Below are positions 37,634 through 48,095 of a stretch of 64,000 nt of DNA, one piece after another. Made by a program: the position numbers and the translations under genes. The DNA is taken from assembly GCA_964439805.1 (NCBI GenBank), contig CAYTOI010000001.1, positions 67,573 through 131,572 on the forward strand, in the 5' to 3' direction. A model generated the notes under the pieces. The model was not told the DNA's origin. It saw only the letters and a program-made list of their open reading frames with translations, and did not search any database. Numbering within the stretch: position 1 is the stretch's first letter; the number at the start of each line of letters is the position of its first letter. The stretch is from an uncultured Pseudomonadales bacterium. Lineage in GTDB: Bacteria; Patescibacteriota; Microgenomatia; UBA1400; MFAQ01.

Positions 37634-40240
37634 ATGTCCGACCAAAGCCTAAATATATTTTCCCTGGAAACAGCAAAGAGTTTGCTGGCAGGCAAAGTAG
37701 ATCTTCAAGTTCTCAAACCAGCAGAAATATCGTTTATTTCCAAAGCCCACAACCTTTTCTTAAATTATTTTTCAGCTATCCATCCTAGTGCCACAATCGA
37801 TCCTCTTTATGAAGACTTTAATTATTTTGTAGAACATAGAGATCTCGGAGAAATACAGGCAATAATTAATTTTTTATCCAGACCTCAAGAAGGAGAAAAA
37901 CAAGAACAAACAAGAGAAGTAAAAAAAGAAGATATTTCTATTCCTGTAGAACTAGAGGCAATGGTTGCCATGTACAAGCAGCACCAAGCTGACCTTGTAG
38001 ACAACGAAAGACCAAACTCCCTAGCTGAAAATATCAAAAGGGCTCAAAAAACCATCAACGAAAGAAGAAAATACGATCTTATTTATGAAAACGCGAGCAA
38101 AGAAAGGCAAAAGGAATTAGATAGACAGAAGGAAATATCTGATCGACTCTACTCTCAAATAGTAAATCCCAAAAAATCAAGATCAGAATTAACTCAAAAT
38201 ACTCGCAACCTTGCATCCTTTCTCGTTCTTTCTCAAAGTGAAAATAAATTAAACCAATCACAATACGACGAAGCTGTTAAACAAATAGTCAATATTGCTG
38301 AGACTGGTGGTCTGGATGTAACAGATGAAAAATCACTTTATGACATTAGTTATTCCATAGTAAATAGCTTCACCAATGAAAATAAAGAATTAGAGGAATT
38401 AAATGTATTAGTCCAAAAACAACTAAAGGCAGAAGCATTAGGGTTAGACACTGATGAGTACAACAAAAAAATAGACTCTTTAGCTGAGTTTGTAGAAGAT
38501 AAAGAGAACAAAAAAGACAAAAAAGATGATAAATCAAATAGAGACATATTTTCAGAAAAATTATCAGTCAAAAAGACAAACCAAGACAAATCTATACCCG
38601 ACCCAGATGTACTCATAGGAGAATCGCAAAAAGAGATTAATAATATCACTCAAAAACTAAGTAAAAGATTCCCAAGTGCCAAAAACCCATACCAAGAAAC
38701 TGACTTTTTAGCTCAAAATGCCAAAGCAATCGAAAAGGCCATATTAGCCACTGACAGAACTGCCCTTAGCCCTATTCCTGTAGGCTTAGGTGCCAGAACA
38801 TCAGCCACGCTCAAAGAAACTGGAAGTAATGCTCTCAACCCTGTAGTTGTTGACTTGTACAGTAGAGGGTTAACTCCAGAAAAATACAAAAAACTAACAG
38901 AAGACAAAAACTCACCTTTTAATCAATTACTTAACAAACAACCTGAATTAAGAAAAAGAATCGAAAATGGGATAAGGGTTGTCAGTAATTCGCCAGACGG
39001 AAAAACTATTGCAGAACAATTAAAACCAGTTTCTAGGTTAGAGTCTTACCTCCCTACTAGTATCCAAAAGGCTCTTCACCCAGTAAAAACTATAGAGGCA
39101 GCAGTAAACAAACGTATTGGTGAATATGGAGGAAAGGTGTTGAACAAAACGTTCGGAAAAGCTCTTGGAGGAAAACTAGAGAAATACATCCTCAAAGACG
39201 GAATTCAAGTAGGTGCCAAAAAATTAATAGATAAGGCTGCTGTAAAAGTAATCACTGCTGGAGCTGAAAAAATTGGTTTAAAAGTAGTCGGAACCGCAGC
39301 CACCAAAACTGCTCTTGCCGCCGCTGCAACGGCATTGGGTATATCCACTGCAGGTTTGAGTTTAATTCTGACAGCTGCTTGGTTTGTTGTTTCAGAAGGG
39401 TTTAAAAAAATTAAATCTGTCTTTCAAGATACTTTTGGTGTCACCGATAAAGACATCAAAGATTTTGCAGTTGGCGCAGGTATAGGTTTGGTCGGAATGT
39501 ATTATGGAGCCAGAACTGGTGTAAAAGTATTTGCCGTCGCCACCAAAGCAGCTGTCATTTCCGCCGCCGGCATTATCTGGCTTTCCATAGCCACTGTTGC
39601 AGTTTTCTTAACTCTCACTTTCCTCGTTGCTCCCATTCTCTCTACCTTAGTACAGTTCGATTCTGTCGAGAAAGTCCAGTACGGAACAGTTGCAGAAGAT
39701 CAAACAGCCAGCTGCAAAGGTAAGGAATTAAAAAACGATAAGAAAAAATGTAATGGAAAGTATTGTTTTCCTGTTGGAGATACCGGTACCGTTTCATACC
39801 TCACTTACCATCATGACTACCCAGCTAATGACATTATGCGCATCGGAGACAAGCCAGGAAACAGTGATGACGTTCCACTCCCCTTACTAGCATACACAAG
39901 CGGTTACGTTTTGAATGCAACCGAAGACCCTGTGGGAGGATTAAGTATTTTAATTGCAGGTGATGATGGTAGATTTTACTATTACGCTCACAACATGTGT
40001 AACACAATAAAATCTGGAAACAGAGTAGAGGCGGGAACTATCATTGGGGGTATGGATACTTCAGGTAATGCAAATGGATACTTGGAACATCTACACTTTC
40101 ATATAAGTACAAAACCCGACATGAGAACTATCCCAGAAAACTACCCAAACTTTATTTGGCCATACGAAGATTTTTGTAACAAAGTTAATATTTGTGGATC
40201 TCTTAACCCAGAGGTTTACCCTGAACTACCATACCTATGA
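37634..40240 (+). CDS. T4SS-associated cell-wall hydrolase: coiled-coil / TM / C-terminal M23 (LytM) peptidase domain
   Basis: 868 aa. The C-terminus (YYYAHNMC..GNANGYLEHLHFHIS) matches M23 peptidase Zn-binding motifs. A central hydrophobic block has 3-4 TMs and the N-terminal half is predicted coiled coil. Confidence 0.7.
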   Translation: MSDQSLNIFSLETAKSLLAGKVDLQVLKPAEISFISKAHNLFLNYFSAIHPSATIDPLYEDFNYFVEHRDLGEIQAIINFLSRPQEGEKQEQTREVKKEDISIPVELEAMVAMYKQHQADLVDNERPNSLAENIKRAQKTINERRKYDLIYENASKERQKELDRQKEISDRLYSQIVNPKKSRSELTQNTRNLASFLVLSQSENKLNQSQYDEAVKQIVNIAETGGLDVTDEKSLYDISYSIVNSFTNENKELEELNVLVQKQLKAEALGLDTDEYNKKIDSLAEFVEDKENKKDKKDDKSNRDIFSEKLSVKKTNQDKSIPDPDVLIGESQKEINNITQKLSKRFPSAKNPYQETDFLAQNAKAIEKAILATDRTALSPIPVGLGARTSATLKETGSNALNPVVVDLYSRGLTPEKYKKLTEDKNSPFNQLLNKQPELRKRIENGIRVVSNSPDGKTIAEQLKPVSRLESYLPTSIQKALHPVKTIEAAVNKRIGEYGGKVLNKTFGKALGGKLEKYILKDGIQVGAKKLIDKAAVKVITAGAEKIGLKVVGTAATKTALAAAATALGISTAGLSLILTAAWFVVSEGFKKIKSVFQDTFGVTDKDIKDFAVGAGIGLVGMYYGARTGVKVFAVATKAAVISAAGIIWLSIATVAVFLTLTFLVAPILSTLVQFDSVEKVQYGTVAEDQTASCKGKELKNDKKKCNGKYCFPVGDTGTVSYLTYHHDYPANDIMRIGDKPGNSDDVPLPLLAYTSGYVLNATEDPVGGLSILIAGDDGRFYYYAHNMCNTIKSGNRVEAGTIIGGMDTSGNANGYLEHLHFHISTKPDMRTIPENYPNFIWPYEDFCNKVNICGSLNPEVYPELPYL

Positions 40241-41292
40241 TATTCAAAAAAATAAATAGTAAATATTTCTACATTGGTTCAACGATTCTAATGTTAATTA
40301 TCATTTTTATTTTTAGTACAAAAAATAAAATAATCACAACAAAAAACAACAATACTGAGCCTATCATCCCCACCCAATCAATAAAGAGCTCAAAAGACAT
40401 TGCTTTGTCTGATGTAATACCTGCAGCAAACACCACTCCATTTAACCTAGGAAATTACTCTATAAAAAACAAAAAGCTTATTTTTACCCTACCAGAGGGA
40501 AATGGCTACGAAGTTGATACAAACAGTGAACCTGTATCTGATTTTAAAATCAATGGCAATTCTCTAATCATTACCACTGGTGAAGTTTATTCCACACCAA
40601 GCGCATACTATATTCACGACATCACCACTGCAAATACTTACAAAATGGAAATTAATAAAGTAAAACCAATTGTTGATATAACTGCATTTTCAGATATCAA
40701 AAATGTATATCTGCTGGGAAGCTATAAAAACAAAAACTACACTATGAGTTTGTATTCCAACGACCTGACTACTGGCAAAAACAGTTTAATACTCTCGAAC
40801 ATATCAAGAAATTATTTAAAATCTTTGGATAATGACAACCTAATTCTTGGAAAAGAAATCGACAAATCAGAACCTAATTTTTATTTTGATGTTTATGATG
40901 CCAAAAACACAAAATATCTCAAAAATAATGTTTTGACAGCAAAAAAAACTATATGTTCAAATAATGACTCAGTTTTCTATTTAAATTACAAAGACAATAA
41001 AATAATCCGTTTTAACTACAAAAAGATAGAAGAAAACATCCTAGATATTAATATCGATTCAGGAACACCTCTTACACTTTGCGACGACAATAGACTTACC
41101 ATATTGCAAACAAAAGAAAACAAAATAAAAATTCAAAACGTCTTCCTAAACAAACCTGATCAATCGAATAATAATGAATTCTCCCTAAAAGATAATCAAT
41201 TGTTTATTGAAGCTTTTTTAAACAACGGAACTCTGATATTTAAGTTCTACGACAAAACAGACAGATCTTATACTCTAGTAAAAGAAAACTAA
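40237..41292 (+). CDS. Hypothetical membrane-anchored protein, very AT-rich
   Basis: 351 aa, N-terminal TM, Asn/Lys-rich beta-type repeats. Markedly lower GC than its neighbours. Confidence 0.5.
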   Translation: MIFKKINSKYFYIGSTILMLIIIFIFSTKNKIITTKNNNTEPIIPTQSIKSSKDIALSDVIPAANTTPFNLGNYSIKNKKLIFTLPEGNGYEVDTNSEPVSDFKINGNSLIITTGEVYSTPSAYYIHDITTANTYKMEINKVKPIVDITAFSDIKNVYLLGSYKNKNYTMSLYSNDLTTGKNSLILSNISRNYLKSLDNDNLILGKEIDKSEPNFYFDVYDAKNTKYLKNNVLTAKKTICSNNDSVFYLNYKDNKIIRFNYKKIEENILDINIDSGTPLTLCDDNRLTILQTKENKIKIQNVFLNKPDQSNNNEFSLKDNQLFIEAFLNNGTLIFKFYDKTDRSYTLVKEN

Positions 41293-42411
41293 TTAACTCT
41301 GAACCCGAATAGGCATAATCACCTGCAACCAGCTCATATTTTTATTATCCTTCAGTACACTGGGCTTAAGCTCTCCTTCCGTCTCCCATTCCACAAAGTC
41401 ACCCTCCACTACTGACAAGTAATCAATTAAATACTTAGCGTTAAACGCCATTAGAATTTTCTCTCCTTCCACTTCACTCTCAACTTTTGTCACATTACTC
41501 CCAATCTGACTATTCTCTGCTGAGACAGACACTGTTCCTTCTTCAATTTGAATTTTTATGACATTCGCGTTATCCCTAGCAAAAAGACTAGCTCTTTTAA
41601 CCGCCGATAACAATTCATCTTTGGGCACATTTACTTTTGTATTGTAGGTGTTCGGAATAATTTGCTGATAAGGAGGAAACTCACCTTCAAGCAATCGACT
41701 ACTAATCTCCAAACTTCCCAAAGAAAAAATAACTTGTCTTCCTTTGTCATCAAATTCAATACCAAAATCTATTGCTCCAAAATCCGAAACTGCCTTAGAA
41801 ACTTCTAACAAAGCCTTTGAAGGAATAATGTATTTTTTGTTCAACAAATTCTCCGAATTCTTCGTCTCTGGTACAACTCTCTCCATACTCAAGCGGAAGC
41901 CATCAGTGGCCACTAAGAGAGTCTCAGTCTCTTTGAATTCCCACAAAACCCCAGTAAGAATTGGTCTGGTATCTTCCTTCGCTGTCGAGACATTTACCTT
42001 TTCCATTTTCTTCTTAAAGTCAGAAGACTCAATTCTGATTACCGCCGCCTTCAATCTGGGAATTACTGGAAAGTCCTCCACACTCTGACAAACAAGTTCC
42101 GAGGTTACCCCTTTGGTCTTTACCACTAGTTTATTATCAATTGACTCCAGCTCAACCTTCTCTCCCACAAAACTTCCTACCAAATCCACAAAAAGTTTAG
42201 CTGGTACAACCAAGCTACCTTCACTCTCTACACTAGCTGGAATACTTACCCAAAAACTCATCTCCAGATCTGTCGACTCCACACTCACTTGAGAGTCTTT
42301 TACTCGAAGCAAAATTCCAGACAAAATAGGTAAGTGAGGTTTACTACTTATTCCTCTAAAAACTAAATTTAAACTACGCTTAAGATCGACCGACAACACA
42401 CTTATTTTCAT
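41293..42411 (-). CDS. dnaN: DNA polymerase III beta subunit (sliding clamp)
   Basis: 372 aa. Opening MKISVLSVDLKRSLNLVFRGISSKPHLPILSGILL matches the three-domain clamp layout. Adjacent to dnaA. Confidence 0.9.
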   Translation of the reverse strand: MKISVLSVDLKRSLNLVFRGISSKPHLPILSGILLRVKDSQVSVESTDLEMSFWVSIPASVESEGSLVVPAKLFVDLVGSFVGEKVELESIDNKLVVKTKGVTSELVCQSVEDFPVIPRLKAAVIRIESSDFKKKMEKVNVSTAKEDTRPILTGVLWEFKETETLLVATDGFRLSMERVVPETKNSENLLNKKYIIPSKALLEVSKAVSDFGAIDFGIEFDDKGRQVIFSLGSLEISSRLLEGEFPPYQQIIPNTYNTKVNVPKDELLSAVKRASLFARDNANVIKIQIEEGTVSVSAENSQIGSNVTKVESEVEGEKILMAFNAKYLIDYLSVVEGDFVEWETEGELKPSVLKDNKNMSWLQVIMPIRVQS

Positions 42412-42737
42412 TTCTCAATTCTAGCATTCTCTCTGGCTAATATATTAATAATTTATTTAAAAAAATAGTATTAGTCATTAGTAAGCGGTGTGGATATGTT
42501 AATAGCTATGCTCAGCGTGTGCCCAAAAACGTTATGGATAACTTACTTTTTAGCCGCAGATCAATACTTTTAAGTATTTTGTCTAAAAACTACGCACAAA
42601 AAGTTGTTGAAAACCTAAACAAAAAGTGACTGCTAGTGTGAAGAACTTTGTGTACTTATCAACCGAGATAATTAAAATGCGAATACTTCTCCCCCGACTC
42701 ACAAGTTATCCACCTACGGTGAACAACTTTCTGATAA
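42412..42737. promoter_or_regulatory. Candidate oriC (dnaA-dnaN intergenic region with DnaA-box-like 9-mers)
   Basis: AT-rich 326-nt intergenic region with tgtggatat (42489-42497), ttatggataa (42532-42541) and ttatccacc (42706-42714), all 8/9 matches to TTATCCACA. A perfect TTATCCACA at 44140-44148 lies upstream of dnaA. Confidence 0.45.
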
Positions 42738-44123
42738 CTATGTTAATAACGCTTGTTTTATTGCCATTACTTTGCGCCTTAGATCAACATTATTCTCATT
42801 TAATTCCATCTCAATTTTTTCCACTGCATGGATAACAGTTGTATGGTCTCTGCCTCCCATTATCTCCCCAATCTTTGCTTGTTGAAGTCCTAGTGTGTCT
42901 CTAAGAATGTACATGGCAATATGTCTTGCTGCTACTAGGTCAGCTTTTCTACTAGACCCAAGCAACTCCTTATTTTTAAAGTCAAAGTATTTTGCTACAG
43001 TAGAAATTACTTTTATTGGTCTTACTTTAATGGACTTAATAAGTTCGGCCGGTAATCCCATCTCTCTCTGAACAATTTCTTTGGACAGAGGCTTGTGGTC
43101 AGCTCCAGCCGCATTCATTAGTCGCATAAAGGTTCCCTCTAGTTCTCTTCCATTTGTTTCAAAACTATTTGCCATTAATTCAAAAGCAGTGTCTTCTACA
43201 GCCGCCCCCGTCTCCATCGCTTTTTGTTTTAAAATCGCCATTCTCATTTCGTAGTCAGGCAAACCAACGTCCACCATCATTCCTCCAAGAAATCTACTTC
43301 GAAGTCTATCCTCTAGCCCCACAATATCTTGAGGTTTTCTATCACTAGTCATCACTATCTGCGCTGACTTCCCTACTAGCTCATTAAAGGTGTGGAAAAA
43401 TTCTTCTTGAGTCGAATCTTTTCCTCCAAAGAACTGCACATCGTCAATAAGTAGTGCTCCCACGTGTCGATACTTCTTTTTGAAAGCTTCCGTCATCTTA
43501 GATCTAAAAGACGAGACCAAGTCGTTTGTGAACTGTTCACTGGTTATAAAAATTACCTTACCAACACCTTTCTTTACCAGTTCATGTCCCACACCATGCA
43601 TTAAGTGAGTTTTTCCAACCCCTACTCCCCCATATATAAATAGTGGGTTGTGTCTACTCCCAGGGAAATCTACTACTGACTTTGCGGCCGCAAAAGCCAG
43701 TCTGTTTGAACTTCCCACCATGTAAGAATCAAAGGTGTACTTGGGGTTTAAATTTGTCCCAAAGTCTCTCTCGGGGTTTGGGGTTCCAAAAAGTTCTAGT
43801 TTTGGCTCACTACTCTCATCTGTAAATTTGGGTTTTTTGTTCTCTACCACTGGAGCTTTATCGCTAACCACGAAAGCAATATCACACTTCTTGTGAGTAA
43901 TCTTCTCCGAAGCCTCTTTTATATTTAGGTAAAACCTCTCCTCTATTGTCCTCACATGATAAGCGGATGGGGTCGAAACCTCTATAAGTATTCGAGAATC
44001 ATCAATTAGGTTTACAGATTTAATGGAACAAGGTCGGATCCACGCGCTAAAATTAGGCCCATTCAGGGTCACTCCTAACTCGCCACAGATAGATTGCCAA
44101 AGTGATTCGCTGTCCATAATCAA
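42738..44123 (-). CDS. dnaA: Chromosomal replication initiator DnaA
   Basis: AAA+ Walker A GGVGVGKTHLMH, Walker B LLIDDVQF, sensor motifs and a C-terminal DNA-binding domain (HTTVIHA..). Confidence 0.95.
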   Translation of the reverse strand: MIMDSESLWQSICGELGVTLNGPNFSAWIRPCSIKSVNLIDDSRILIEVSTPSAYHVRTIEERFYLNIKEASEKITHKKCDIAFVVSDKAPVVENKKPKFTDESSEPKLELFGTPNPERDFGTNLNPKYTFDSYMVGSSNRLAFAAAKSVVDFPGSRHNPLFIYGGVGVGKTHLMHGVGHELVKKGVGKVIFITSEQFTNDLVSSFRSKMTEAFKKKYRHVGALLIDDVQFFGGKDSTQEEFFHTFNELVGKSAQIVMTSDRKPQDIVGLEDRLRSRFLGGMMVDVGLPDYEMRMAILKQKAMETGAAVEDTAFELMANSFETNGRELEGTFMRLMNAAGADHKPLSKEIVQREMGLPAELIKSIKVRPIKVISTVAKYFDFKNKELLGSSRKADLVAARHIAMYILRDTLGLQQAKIGEIMGGRDHTTVIHAVEKIEMELNENNVDLRRKVMAIKQALLT

Positions 44124-44229
44124 GTTCCATTCTCAATACTTATCCACATTATTACAACCCCCAAAATACCCAAAACCCCCATTTCTGAGATCTGATATCT
44201 GAGATCTGGGATCTAATGTATAATTACGC

Positions 44230-44371
44230 CATGCCAAAACGCGTATACCAACCAAAGAAAGTCAAAAGAATCAGAAAACATGGATTCCGTGCCAAAATGG
44301 CAACACATGCTGGTCAAAACGTTATCAAACGTCGCAGAGCCAAAGGTAGATCCAAATTAGCGGTTCAATAA
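44230..44371 (+). CDS. rpmH: Ribosomal protein L34
   Basis: 46-aa [46 protein letters not shown]. Absent from the ORF track because it is shorter than 60 aa. Canonical position upstream of rnpA. Confidence 0.85.
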
Positions 44372-44372
44372 A

Positions 44373-44702
44373 GTGGCCCTTTCCCCCCAAAATAAGATCT
44401 CTCTAAAGCAATTCAGGGAGAAATTTTTTGAATCTGGAATATCTATTTATTCCCCACTCTTACAGGTGGTAATAATCAAAGAGTCTAGTGAATTTCCCCA
44501 ATTTGCCGTCAGTATCGGTAAAAAGGTAGCCAGTAAAGCACACGACCGAAACAAACTCAGAAGACAAATTCAACAGCTGGTACAAGAGAATCTCCCCTCC
44601 TTCCCTCCTTATAAATATCTATTTCTCCCAAAAAAAACTGCCGTTGATTCCTACTCCGAACTCTTAAACTCCTTCACACTACTCCTCTCAAAGTTAAAAT
44701 AA
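44373..44702 (+). CDS. rnpA: RNase P protein component
   Basis: [26 protein letters not shown] corresponds to the RNR motif region of RnpA. Confidence 0.8.
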   Translation: MALSPQNKISLKQFREKFFESGISIYSPLLQVVIIKESSEFPQFAVSIGKKVASKAHDRNKLRRQIQQLVQENLPSFPPYKYLFLPKKTAVDSYSELLNSFTLLLSKLK

Positions 44703-44704
44703 TT

Positions 44705-44935
44705 GTGTTCAACTTCTACCAAAAACACATCTCCCCTTTCTATCACTTGCTTGGAAAAGCTATCTTCGGAAATTCCTTTGGCTGTCGCTTTACTCCAACT
44801 TGCTCGGAGTTTTTCAAAGAAGCCTTGCAAAAACATGGTATTATTCTAGGTACCATTTTGGGAGTATTACGTTTCTTAAGATGTAACCCTCTGTTTAAAG
44901 GTGGTCACGACCCAGTACCTGATAAAATCATTTAA
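44705..44935 (+). CDS. yidD: Membrane protein insertion efficiency factor YidD
   Basis: [18 protein letters not shown] motif. Confidence 0.8.
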   Translation: MFNFYQKHISPFYHLLGKAIFGNSFGCRFTPTCSEFFKEALQKHGIILGTILGVLRFLRCNPLFKGGHDPVPDKII

Positions 44936-45668
44936 TATGTTGCAACCACTCATCAATGCTCTCTTTGTTGTTCTCTCCTTTTTTTATAAACTTTTTGGTG
45001 GAAATCTGGGTCTCTCAATCATCTCCGTCACCTTGCTAATAAAGCTTATTGTTCTTCCCCTCATGATCCCTTCCATGAAGTCAGCTAAGCTTATGCAACA
45101 GCTTAAGCCAGACTTGGATAAACTAAAAGACAAGCATACCGACAAAAAAGCTCTTCAAGAAGCTCAAATGGCCCTTTACAAAGAAAAAGGTGTCAACCCT
45201 ATGGCTGGTTGTCTCCCCCAGATCATCCAAATACTTATTCTTATTTCACTTTACAATGTCTTCATTAACTTCCTCAAGCAACCTTCTATTGGTGGCCTAG
45301 CCATGAATCCCTACTTCTTGTATCTCGATCTGACTAAGCCAGACAAGACCTACATTATGCCTATTCTGGCCGGTGTTACTCAGTTCATTTTCTCTCTCAT
45401 GCTCCAGGCTGGTACCGAAAGCCACGTGGAAAATCCAAAGAAAGCAGTGGAGAAGAAAAAAGAAGAGGATAACTTAGAAATGGCCCAAACAATGCAACAA
45501 CAAATGCTTTACATGATGCCTCTGATGTCTGTCGTTGTATCTTTGAACTTCCAATCTGGTCTAGTCCTCTACTGGGTAGTTTCCACTGTTTTTTCTATCG
45601 CTCAACAGTATTATTTCTCTGGTTGGGGTGGTATTACCACTTTTTATAATAAGTTAATTAAAAAATAA
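44901..45668 (+). CDS. yidC: YidC/Oxa1-family membrane protein insertase
   Basis: Five TM helices with [18 protein letters not shown] and a C-terminal GLVLYWVVS motif. Position is conserved in the rnpA cluster. Confidence 0.85.
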   Translation: MVTTQYLIKSFNMLQPLINALFVVLSFFYKLFGGNLGLSIISVTLLIKLIVLPLMIPSMKSAKLMQQLKPDLDKLKDKHTDKKALQEAQMALYKEKGVNPMAGCLPQIIQILILISLYNVFINFLKQPSIGGLAMNPYFLYLDLTKPDKTYIMPILAGVTQFIFSLMLQAGTESHVENPKKAVEKKKEEDNLEMAQTMQQQMLYMMPLMSVVVSLNFQSGLVLYWVVSTVFSIAQQYYFSGWGGITTFYNKLIKK

Positions 45669-45675
45669 AAAACAT

Positions 45676-46134
45676 ATGGATCAATCCAAAGTAGTAGAAA
45701 TACTCACCAATATTCTCACCCAGCTATCCCTCACCGAAGACCAAATTAAGATTGTTTGTGAAGAAGGAGACAATATTAACGTTTCACTTACCCTTCCTAC
45801 TGACTCCGCTGGCATTTTTGTAGGACATCACGGTGAAGGTCTTACAGCTATTCGCATGATTTTTTCCCTTATCCTCTTCCAAAGGTTTAATCTTTGGCCA
45901 AAAATCCACCTAAACGTCAACGACTACCAAGAACGCCGCGAAGACGCTCTCCGAGAACTGGCCACTGGTGCTGCAGAAAGAGCGGTTTCTTTAGGCAAGG
46001 AAATCATTCTCCCCAATCTCAGTTCTTACGAAAGAAGAATTGTCCACATGCTACTTTCAGAAAACAACCAAGTAAAGACCGAATCACGTGGAATAGCTCC
46101 TTTCCGCCAAATGGTCATCATCCCCCTTTCGTAA
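45676..46134 (+). CDS. jag: Jag/KhpB-like KH and R3H domain RNA-binding protein
   Basis: KH-like GIFVGHHGEGLTAIRMI and R3H-like SYERRIVHMLLSENNQVKTESRG. Confidence 0.7.
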   Translation: MDQSKVVEILTNILTQLSLTEDQIKIVCEEGDNINVSLTLPTDSAGIFVGHHGEGLTAIRMIFSLILFQRFNLWPKIHLNVNDYQERREDALRELATGAAERAVSLGKEIILPNLSSYERRIVHMLLSENNQVKTESRGIAPFRQMVIIPLS

Positions 46135-46149
46135 CTGTACAATAGTCTT

Positions 46150-47280
46150 GTGATTCAGGATCTGATTCTCAAGGCTATTGTTTTTTTTATTCCTACCCAA
46201 CTAGGACTGCATTTTTGGCCAGACTTCTCTCGTGTCATGGGGATTCGCCTGGACTATTTGTCCCCCACTTTGTATTTTGTGGATTGCTTAATTATTCCTT
46301 ATATATTCCTAAACCTACCTACTCTGGTTACTAAGATCAAAAAACTTAACAAGAAAAGATCTCTAATAGTCTCAATTCTCATTTTTATCAATATATACTT
46401 CTCACTCAATCCTCTAAATAGCTTATTTCAGTACCTAAGGTTAGCTGAGTATTTTCTTTTTTATCTAGTAATTTCAAGTATTCCCAAACTCTGGTCAAAA
46501 ATTAGAATCACGTTTGTTTCATCTCTGTATTTAGTTATATTTGTCCAATTTGCTCAACTACTCACTCAGCACTCCCTCGGTGGTCTATTCTACTATGCTG
46601 GAGAAAGAAGCTTTAGCTCTAGTACTCCAAACCTTCCTCTATTAACGGCTGGCAATCTGACAGTAATTAGAGTCATGTCTTTGTTTTCTCACCCAAACTC
46701 TTTAGCTGGGTTTTTACTGCTATCTTTTGTAATCTTGAATAAGTTCAAAGAAAATAATAGATCCAAAATCCTCACTTCCCTATCTGTCATTGCCACATTT
46801 TCAAAAGCAGCCTATCTGGCTCTCCTTGGACTAATTCTAAAAAAGAATCTAGGTTCCAAACTAATGATGGTCTTTGTCATGCTCTCGCTGGCTCAGCTAT
46901 CCATCCCCACCCTGAATCTGGGGTTTTATAGTCTTGACTCCAGAATCACTATGATTAATAACTTTCGAGCACTTGTCCAACAGTATTTAGTGATAGGTGC
47001 AGGGCTTGGTAATTACGTAGTAGCTTTGTCAAAAATCCTCCCCGGTTCACAGCTTACAGTAGCCACTATACAGCCAGTCCATAATCTGTTGCTCTTGTCA
47101 TTAGTGGAGCTTGGTTTGCCACTCACCTCCTTAACGGCTTGGGTAATATATAAAAAATTCTCCAAAAAATACTACCCTATCTTGTTAGTGGTACTTATCA
47201 CCGGTCTCTTTGATCATTACTGGTTTACCTTGCCCCAAAACAAACTCATCCTTGTCCTTGCTCTCGCCCTCCTCAATTAA
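46150..47280 (+). CDS. O-antigen ligase (Wzy_C)-family polytopic membrane protein
   Basis: At least ten TM helices with a HPNSLAGFLLLS loop and a HNLLLLSLVELGLPL signature. Confidence 0.6.
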   Translation: MIQDLILKAIVFFIPTQLGLHFWPDFSRVMGIRLDYLSPTLYFVDCLIIPYIFLNLPTLVTKIKKLNKKRSLIVSILIFINIYFSLNPLNSLFQYLRLAEYFLFYLVISSIPKLWSKIRITFVSSLYLVIFVQFAQLLTQHSLGGLFYYAGERSFSSSTPNLPLLTAGNLTVIRVMSLFSHPNSLAGFLLLSFVILNKFKENNRSKILTSLSVIATFSKAAYLALLGLILKKNLGSKLMMVFVMLSLAQLSIPTLNLGFYSLDSRITMINNFRALVQQYLVIGAGLGNYVVALSKILPGSQLTVATIQPVHNLLLLSLVELGLPLTSLTAWVIYKKFSKKYYPILLVVLITGLFDHYWFTLPQNKLILVLALALLN

Positions 47281-47359
47281 TTGCAAATATACAAAAGAAT
47301 CATTATCTTGAGTTCTTGAGTTTTTGAGTTCTTGAGTTTTTATAATGTAAAATACTCTC

Positions 47360-47800
47360 ATGCAAACTTATGATTCTCTTCAGATAAATACAGACGGTGG
47401 TTCTCGCAACAATCCTGGCCCAGCAGCTATTGGTGTTTACGCTAGTTCAGAAGGAAAAGAAATCTTTACCATCTCCCATTACTTAGGGATAGCTACCAAT
47501 AACGAAGCCGAGTACCAAGGAGTTATTTACGCTTTAGAGTATCTCAAAAAAAATGAAGTATCATCCCCTTCACTAACTTTTGTCTTAGATTCAGAACTAA
47601 TAGTTAAGCAGATTACCGGAGTTTATAAAGTAAAACAAGAACATCTTCAGAAACTAAAAAACCAAGTCTTAAGTTTAATCGCCGAACTAACCCTAAGTAA
47701 ACAAATCAAAGATCTCAAGTTTGTGAATGTTCTTCGTGAAAAAAACAAAGAAGCAGACAAGCTCGTAAACCTCGCTCTCGACTCCCAATCCTCCAAATAA
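47360..47800 (+). CDS. rnhA: Ribonuclease H
   Basis: DGGSRNNPGPAAIGV and NNEAEYQGVIYAL catalytic-core motifs. Confidence 0.8.
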   Translation: MQTYDSLQINTDGGSRNNPGPAAIGVYASSEGKEIFTISHYLGIATNNEAEYQGVIYALEYLKKNEVSSPSLTFVLDSELIVKQITGVYKVKQEHLQKLKNQVLSLIAELTLSKQIKDLKFVNVLREKNKEADKLVNLALDSQSSK

Positions 47801-48095
47801 ATTTTGTCATGCCGGACTAGATCCGACATCCAGTTCCTCAAACAAGACTGTATTGTTGCATCAACGGTAGAAGATATAAAAAGAAACTCAATATCTTGAG
47901 TTCTAGAGTTCTTGATTCCTTGATTCCTAAAACAGAAAAAACAATTGTGGATATCATATATCGAGGCCATGCCTGAATTTTCATGTGTAGAAGGTTATAA
48001 CGAAAATAAAAAATATTAAGCGTGAAATAAAAAATAAATTATGGCTAAATTGTAAAAAAGAAATTGTAATAACAAAAATAAAGAAAATAAAATTA

